From assembly GCA_965213685.1 (NCBI GenBank), contig CBDBZY010000003.1, forward strand, positions 64,001 through 128,000: DNA of 64,000 bases. The letters are read 5' to 3'. This DNA is from a bacterium (GTDB taxonomy: Bacteria > UBA8248). The notes beneath the pieces are model-generated. The model made no database searches. It saw nothing but the letters and a program-made list of their open reading frames with translations, and had not been told where the DNA came from. Position numbers and translations under genes: made by a program. Positions 58,043-64,000 of the stretch are shown here, piece by piece; position 1 is the first letter of the stretch, and each line of letters begins with the position of its first letter.

Positions 58043-58974
58043 GGCGCGCCGCGCGTTTTGCCCCAAGGCCGTTTTTCGGCGCAACCGACGCGGGGGCGCT
58101 GCTCCTCCTCGCCCTCTCCGCATTCCTGCTCGTTTTCGGGGCGCCCCATGCGGTCGGAACCGCCCATGCGGACGACGGGGAACTGCGGGTCGCGTTCGTT
58201 CCGCAGGAGAATCCCGAAAAGCTCATCGGCAGCGTGAAGCCCGCCATGGACTTCCTGGAAAGGGAAATGGGGCGGAAGATTCGTTATTTCATCACCCTGA
58301 ACTACTCGGCCGCCGTGGAGGCCATGATCGCGAAAAAGGCGGACGTCAGCTTCATGCCTCCCCTGCCCTACGTCCTGGCCCACAAGTATTCCGGGGTCGA
58401 GGCGGTTCTGGGCGAGGTATACGAGGGGAGGCCCTATTACCATTCCCGGATTTTCGTGCGCAAGGACAGCGGCATCAAGAAACTGTCCGACCTCAAGGGG
58501 AAGACCATCGCGTATGTGGACCCCATTTCGAGTTCCGGCTTCATGTATCCCCACGACGTTTTCGCGCGCGCCGGCCTGGTGAGGGGGGGGCTGGAGAAGC
58601 CGGAGGGCGGCTTTTTTCGGCGGGTGTATTTCGCGGGCGGGGATCAGCAGGCGATCGGTTCGGTCGTCGGCGGTTTCGTGGACGCCGCCGGCGTCAGCCA
58701 ATACGCCGTCAACCTTCTGCGCGGCGATCAGCGGGACAAGATTGCCGCCATCGCGCAGTCCGCCAGGATTCCCAGCCACAACGTGGTGGTGCGCAAAGGC
58801 TTGCACCCCGAGGTCAGGCAGAGGCTCGTTTCGGCGATGATGAAGATGAACCGGCCGGAGAATCGCGCGTTGCGGCGGGTTCTGTATGGGACGGACGGCT
58901 ACGTCCGGGTCGACCACAGCCACTATCAACCGGTGGCCGAGATGGCCCGGAAGTATGGTTTTCTGAGGGAATAG
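58039..58974 (+). CDS. PhnD/PtxB-like ABC transporter substrate-binding protein
   Basis: LRVAFVPQE, NYSAAVEAM, Y.SRIFVRKDSGI..L.DLKGK, DPISSSGF.YP, IPSH. Confidence 0.88.
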   Translation: MRRAARFAPRPFFGATDAGALLLLALSAFLLVFGAPHAVGTAHADDGELRVAFVPQENPEKLIGSVKPAMDFLEREMGRKIRYFITLNYSAAVEAMIAKKADVSFMPPLPYVLAHKYSGVEAVLGEVYEGRPYYHSRIFVRKDSGIKKLSDLKGKTIAYVDPISSSGFMYPHDVFARAGLVRGGLEKPEGGFFRRVYFAGGDQQAIGSVVGGFVDAAGVSQYAVNLLRGDQRDKIAAIAQSARIPSHNVVVRKGLHPEVRQRLVSAMMKMNRPENRALRRVLYGTDGYVRVDHSHYQPVAEMARKYGFLRE

Positions 58975-58978
58975 GGAC

Positions 58979-59824
58979 ATGGCGAAAGAAGCGGTCATCC
59001 ACATCGAAGACGCGCGGCTGGAGATGGGGGGGCGGACGATACTCTCCATCGACCGCTTCGACGTCTCCGGCGGAGAGCGGGTGGCCATCATCGGCAACAG
59101 CGGCTCCGGCAAGACGACCCTCATGCGGATGCTGAAGGGCTACGTGCCCTGTGCGGAGGGCAAGGTGGTCGTGATGGGGGACGCCTTTCCCATCAGGGAG
59201 ACGCAAAAGAGGAAAGCCCACCACCGGCACATCGGCATGATCCACCAGCACTTCGACCTGATAGGCCGCGAGACTGTCTGGCAGAACGTCTACCATGGGC
59301 GGCTGGGCTATGTGTCTTTGCTCAAAAGCGTTCTGGGAATCTGCTCCGAGCGCGACCTGCGAATCTGCGAGCAGGCCATTCACGAGGTGCGCCTCGACGA
59401 CAAGCGGCGCCGCTTTGCCCGCACCCTCTCCGGCGGGGAGCAGCAGCGCGTCGCCATCGCCCGGGCGTTGGCGCAGGAGCCGACGATCCTGCTCGCCGAC
59501 GAGCCCGTGTCGAGCCTGGACCCCGCGCTGGCCGAGGATATTCTCGACCTTATCGTATCGGTGTGCGACGCCTATGGGCTCACCCTCCTGATGAGCCTCC
59601 ACCTCCCGGAGCTGGCGCGAAAGTATGCGGACCGGATCGTCGCGATGCGAGGCGGAAAAATTATATGGGACGGTTCTGCGGATTCCCTCTCCAGTGATAA
59701 GATACGGGAAATATACGGGTTCATCGGAACGAACGGAGTCGCGCATGGGAGCGGAACGCGGGCGAGCCGAAGCGCTTTCACCTGGTCGTATGGCTACGAG
59801 AGCCAGCCTCTTCCTGGCGGTTAG
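58979..59824 (+). CDS. PhnC-like ABC ATP-binding protein
   Basis: GNSGSGKTT, NVYHGRLG, LSGGEQQRVAIARAL, LADEPVSSLDP, SLH. Confidence 0.9.
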   Translation: MAKEAVIHIEDARLEMGGRTILSIDRFDVSGGERVAIIGNSGSGKTTLMRMLKGYVPCAEGKVVVMGDAFPIRETQKRKAHHRHIGMIHQHFDLIGRETVWQNVYHGRLGYVSLLKSVLGICSERDLRICEQAIHEVRLDDKRRRFARTLSGGEQQRVAIARALAQEPTILLADEPVSSLDPALAEDILDLIVSVCDAYGLTLLMSLHLPELARKYADRIVAMRGGKIIWDGSADSLSSDKIREIYGFIGTNGVAHGSGTRASRSAFTWSYGYESQPLPGG

Positions 59825-60537
59825 CGCGCTCCTGTTCTGGTCGTTCCGGGGCTCCGAGTTTTCATTCCAGCAATTCTGGCGCGGTGCACCCCAGCTGTTT
59901 CACTTCTTCGGCCGGATGAGCCCGCCGGACTGGTCGGTCGGGGACGTGGTGCTGGCCTCGGCCGCCGAGACGCTGCAAACCACCGTCGCGGGCACCTTCC
60001 TGGGCGCCTTGTTCGCCTATCCGCTGGGCGTGCTCGCGGCGTCGAACTGGACGCCGGTCTGGGTGCATCTGCCCGTGAAGGCGTTCATGGCCTTTGTCCG
60101 CTCCATCCCCCTGCTGCTGCTCGCCCTGCTGTTCGTGTCCGCCGTGGGTCTGGGCCCCTTCCCCGGCGCCCTCGCTCTGGCGGTGCACTCCGTCGGCGTG
60201 CTCGGCCGGTTCGTGGCGGAGGAGATCGAGGCTACGGACCCGCGGCCCCTGCTCGCGCTGCAGGGGACGGGAGCGTCGTCCGTCCAGGTCATTCAGCATG
60301 GCCTCATCCCCCAGGTGCTGCCACAGATGGTCGCGCACCTGGCCATACGCTTCGAGATGAACCTGCGCGACTCCACGATTTTGGGCCTCGTCGGCGCGGG
60401 GGGGGCTGGGTTTTTACGTGTTCTTGTATGTGAAGCAGTTTCAATGGGAGAAGTCGGGCGTCCTCGTGCTGGCCATCATCGCGCTGGTTTTCGCGGGAGA
60501 GTTCGTCGCGTGGCAGGTCAGAAAACGCCTGATGTAG
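59745..60537 (+). CDS. PhnE-like ABC permease (apparent extra G in the run at 60398-60405)
   Basis: ETL, RSIP, AVGLGPFPG.LA, FEMNLR.STILGLVGAGG; corrected frame gives GAGGLGFY...VRKRLM*. Confidence 0.88.
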
Positions 60538-60620
60538 CCGGAGCGCCCCGCCGGGCGGAGTGACGGAAAACCTCGTTCGGCCCGCCGCCATCCCGAGAGC
60601 GGGCGCGGGAGGAAGCGCGC

Positions 60621-62302
60621 ATGGATACCCTGATTGGCCTGTTGGATGAAGCCAGGGCGAAATTTCCCGACGCGATCGCCTTGGAAGGCGATGTGGACGG
60701 GCGGGGACGGGTGACGCTCACGCGGGCGCAGCTCGCCGAGAGGGCGGCCGCCCTGGCCCGCGAACTGACGGATGCGGGGGTGAAGCCGGGCGACCTCGTC
60801 GCCCTGCTGGGGCCGAATCAACCGGAATGGGCGGTGGGTTATTTCGGGGCGCTGCTCGCCGGGGGCGTCCTCGTGCCGCTGGACGTGAGCCTGAAGGAGG
60901 GGGAACTCGCGAACATTCTGGCGAAGGCGCAGCCCGTTTGCCTCGTGGCGGACGCCCGGGAGCGGGAGCGGGCCCGCGCGCTGGCGCGGGACGTGTCGCC
61001 CGCCTGCCGGGTGCTGCGCTTCGATGAGGGGCGGGGCGGGGCCGGCGTAGCGCCGCCGCTGGACGCTCTGCCGGGCGCCCGGCGCGGGCCGGACGATCTC
61101 GCGCTGATATCGTTCTCGTCCGGAACGACGGGAGCGCCCAAGGGGGTGATGCTCTCTCACGGGAACATCGCGTCCAACGTGCGCGCCGTGCTCGGGCCAT
61201 TCCAGGCCGGGGCGGACGACGTCTTCCTCTCGATTCTGCCCCTTCACCACATGTTCGAGAGCACGGGCGGCCTCCTGATACCGCTGATGGCCGGCGCGAG
61301 GGTGCATTACCTCTCCTCCCTGAACCCGCGCCTCATCGCGGACGCCATGCAAAACGAGGGGGTCACCATCTGCCTGATGGTGCCGGCACTCGCGCGCCTC
61401 ATCCACAAGCGCATCATGTCGACCGTGGAGTCGCTGAGGGGGGCGAGGAAGATCATTTTCAGCGCCCTGTTCGGCCTCTCCGGCGTCTGCCTGTCCCTGG
61501 GCTGGCGCGTCGGCCGGTTTCTGTTTCCCCCGGGTGAGAAAAAACCTGGGGGAGAATTTGCGCTACTTCGCGAGCGGCGGCGCCGCCCTCGACCCGATGG
61601 TCGCTCGGGATTTGCTCGTTCTGGGAGTCGAGGTGATTCAGGGATACGGGTTGACGGAAACGTCGCCCATCACCCATGCGAATCCGCCGGGAGCGCCCAA
61701 CAGAATCGGAACCGTGGGCCCGCCGATTCCAGGGGTGGAGGCGCGCATCGAGCCTGTGGAGGGTGCGGATGCGGGCGAGGGGGAAATCCTGATACGCGGG
61801 CCGAACGTGATGCAGGGCTATTTCGGGAGCCCGGCGATGACGGCGGAAGTCCTGCGGGACGGCTGGTTTCATACCGGAGACATCGGCCGCGAGGACGCCG
61901 AGGGCTACCTCACGATATGCGGCCGCTCCAAGAACGTCATCGTCTCGGAATCGGGGAAAAACATCTACCCCGAAGAGGTGGAGGAGCACCTCCTGAAGAG
62001 CGAACTGTTTCAGGAGGTGTGCGTGCTCGGCAAGAAAACGCCGCACGGCGGGGAGGAGGCGTTCGCCGTCGTCGTGCTCGACCCGGAGGCCGACTTGCCG
62101 GAAGACGACAAGGCGCGCGCAGCCCGGGCCGAAGCCGAGCTGAGGCGCTGGAGTGCCCAGCTGGCGGATTACAAGAGGGCCGCCGGCTTTTTTTCTGTGG
62201 CCCGGTGAGGAGCTGCCCAGAACCACGACGCGAAAGCACAAGCGCGAGGACATCAAGGCGACCTTGCGGGAGCGGCCAGAGTTTTCCGCGAGTGATTTCT
62301 GA
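60621..62302 (+). CDS. Long-chain fatty acid-CoA ligase (AMP-binding); apparent frameshifts at C5 61527-61531 and T7 62188-62194
   Basis: FSSGTTGAPKGVMLSH, LPLHH, SGGA, QGYGLTETSP, GWFHTGD, GKNIYPEEVE, LPRTTTRK. Confidence 0.88.
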
Positions 62303-62376
62303 CCCCCCCTCGGGCGGGGGGAGATGTGTTGTCTCGTCCGCGCCGGCGGATGGACGAAATCAATGGAGGGGATCCG

Positions 62377-63589
62377 ATGGATATGTCCCAGGCGATACGG
62401 GACGCCTCCCAGGCGCTCCGGCCCTGGCTCTCCGAGGCGAGGCGCGGGATGCACATGAACCCCGAACTCGGCTACGAGGAGCGCGAGACGGCGCGGCGCG
62501 TCGCGGAGACGCTCCGGGGGCTGGGCCTCCGGGTGGACGCCGGCGTCGCGGAGACGGGGGTGGTCGGCCTCCTCGAGACCGGACGCCCGGGCCCCACCAT
62601 CGGCATCCGCGCCGACATGGACGCCCTCCCCATCGAGGAGTCCAACGACGTGCCCTACAGGAGCCGGCGCCCGGGGAAGATGCACGCCTGCGGCCATGAC
62701 GCCCACGTGAGCATGCTGCTGGGCGCGGCGCGCCTCCTCGCCGAGAACGAAGCGTGGGCTCGACGGCCTGGACGGCAACGTCAAATTCATCTTTCAGCCC
62801 GCCGAGGAGGGGAAGGCCGGCGGCAAGCGGATGGTGGAGGAGGGGATTCTGGAAGCCCCCCGGGTGGATATGCTCATTGCCGCCCACGTCTGGCCGGACA
62901 TGCCGGCGGGCCGCATCAGCACGCGCCCGGGGCCCGTGCTGGCGGCGTCGGACAAACTCCTCTTCCGCGTCTGCGGGCAGAGTGCTCACGCGGCGTATCC
63001 CCATCAGTCCAGAGACGCCCTGGTGGCCGCCTCGCACCTTGTGGCCGCACTCCAATCCGTCGTGAGCAGAAACGTCGGCCCGTTCGAGGCCGCCGTTTTG
63101 TCCGTCACGGGGTTCGAGTCCGGCGTCGCGATCAACGTCGTGCCACGGGAGGCCAGGCTGCAGGGAACCATCCGCACGCACGATCCGAGCGTCCGGGAGA
63201 GGATGAAGGAGCGCGTGCGGGCGGTGGCGCGCGGGGTGGCGGAGGCGTTCGGCGTCCGGATCGACCTCGAGGTCACGCCCGGCTATCCCGCCCTGGTGAA
63301 CCACGAGGCGGCCGTCGCGCTGGTGGAAAGCGCCGGTGCGCAGGTTCTCGGGGCGGAGAGCGTGGGCGAGATGCCGCTTTCGATGGGGGCTGAGGATTTC
63401 GCCTACATGGCGGCGCAGCGGCCCGGCGCCTTGTTCCGCGTGGGCGTGCGGAACGAGGAGAGGGGCATTGTGCACGGGCTACACTCGGACCGATTCGACC
63501 TGGACGAGGACGCGCTGCCGGTAGGCGTCTGTGTCTTCGCCCAGGCGGCGGTGGAGTTCCTGGGAAATCCGGAAAAGTATCTCGCATAG
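62377..63589 (+). CDS. M20D family amidohydrolase (apparent frameshift near 62757)
   Basis: HMNPELGYEE, RADMDALPI, MHACGHDAH, FQPAEE, EDF, LHSDRFDLDE. Confidence 0.9.
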
Positions 63590-63659
63590 ATTTTCCCGGC
63601 GACCCCCGGGAAAGACATGCCGCATCCTTGCCCGTCCGGCGGAGAGGCGCGCCTTGGTG

Positions 63660-64000
63660 ATGGAGCCATTCTTCTTGTTTGCCCTGGGGTCGGCGATGTG
63701 CTTCACCTGCGCGGATTTCTTTGCGCGCAAGGGGCTACAGCACGCGAACCACTTCGCGGGCGCCGCCATCACGCTGGTGGGGGAGCTGGCGTTTTTTGTT
63801 CCGCTGGTCTTTCTTCTCGATTCCCCGTTTCCAGAAGCGGGCGCGCACTATCTATGGGTGATGCTCGGCGGAATGTGCAACCCGGGGTTTTTCCTCGTCT
63901 TCTTCCTGATCGGCATTCACCGGATCGGCGTGGCGCGCGCCGCGCCGATCAAGGGGATGTCCCCGATTTTCGCCGCCTTCTTGGGGCTCGTCGTGCTGGG
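63660..64000 (+). CDS. DMT/EamA family transporter, truncated by the window end
   Basis: Open frame MEPFFLFALGSAMCF...IGIHRIGVARAAPIKGMSPIFAAFLGLVVL runs off the end. Confidence 0.8.
   Translation, partial: MEPFFLFALGSAMCFTCADFFARKGLQHANHFAGAAITLVGELAFFVPLVFLLDSPFPEAGAHYLWVMLGGMCNPGFFLVFFLIGIHRIGVARAAPIKGMSPIFAAFLGLVVL

Noticed and set aside
58039-60537. Naming these genes phnDCE or ptxABC
   Set aside because: No C-P lyase, ptxD or Pho box is present and a pocket residue differs, so the substrate is left open.

Overview
A high-GC bacterial chromosome segment made up mostly of housekeeping and catabolic genes: thiC with a TPP riboswitch, aminotransferase-serA-hisZ-purA-ccdA, tatBC-pyrF, a UDP-GlcNAc cluster, pcrA, gatC, futalosine-type menaquinone genes and amtB-glnK. 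I saw no rRNA, tRNA, CRISPR array, transposase or integrase. About ten genes carry single-base insertions in homopolymer runs, which are most likely long-read assembly errors. The most notable items are: (1) an operon behind a TTTAG-N6-CTAAA (DtxR/MntR/SirR-like) palindrome that joins a secreted, non-canonical di-heme cytochrome c peroxidase-family protein to a PhnDCE-like ABC transporter whose binding protein has Asp where His is usual, a candidate undescribed metal-regulated uptake or redox system; (2) a SelW/Rdx-type selenoprotein (CxxU with a SECIS-like hairpin) that the ORF track truncates, translationally coupled to a MOSC gene; (3) two repeat-expanded DUF1640/CCDC90 coiled-coil paralogs with a conserved promoter on either side of a porin, one bracketed by ~38-bp direct repeats; (4) a lower-GC AAA-ATPase plus DUF4276 Toprim (PARIS-like) island whose effector gene has an internal deletion; (5) a tandem duplication at the glmS start junction and a three-gene split GlmU arrangement. 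All family assignments come from motif recognition by eye, not from database searches.
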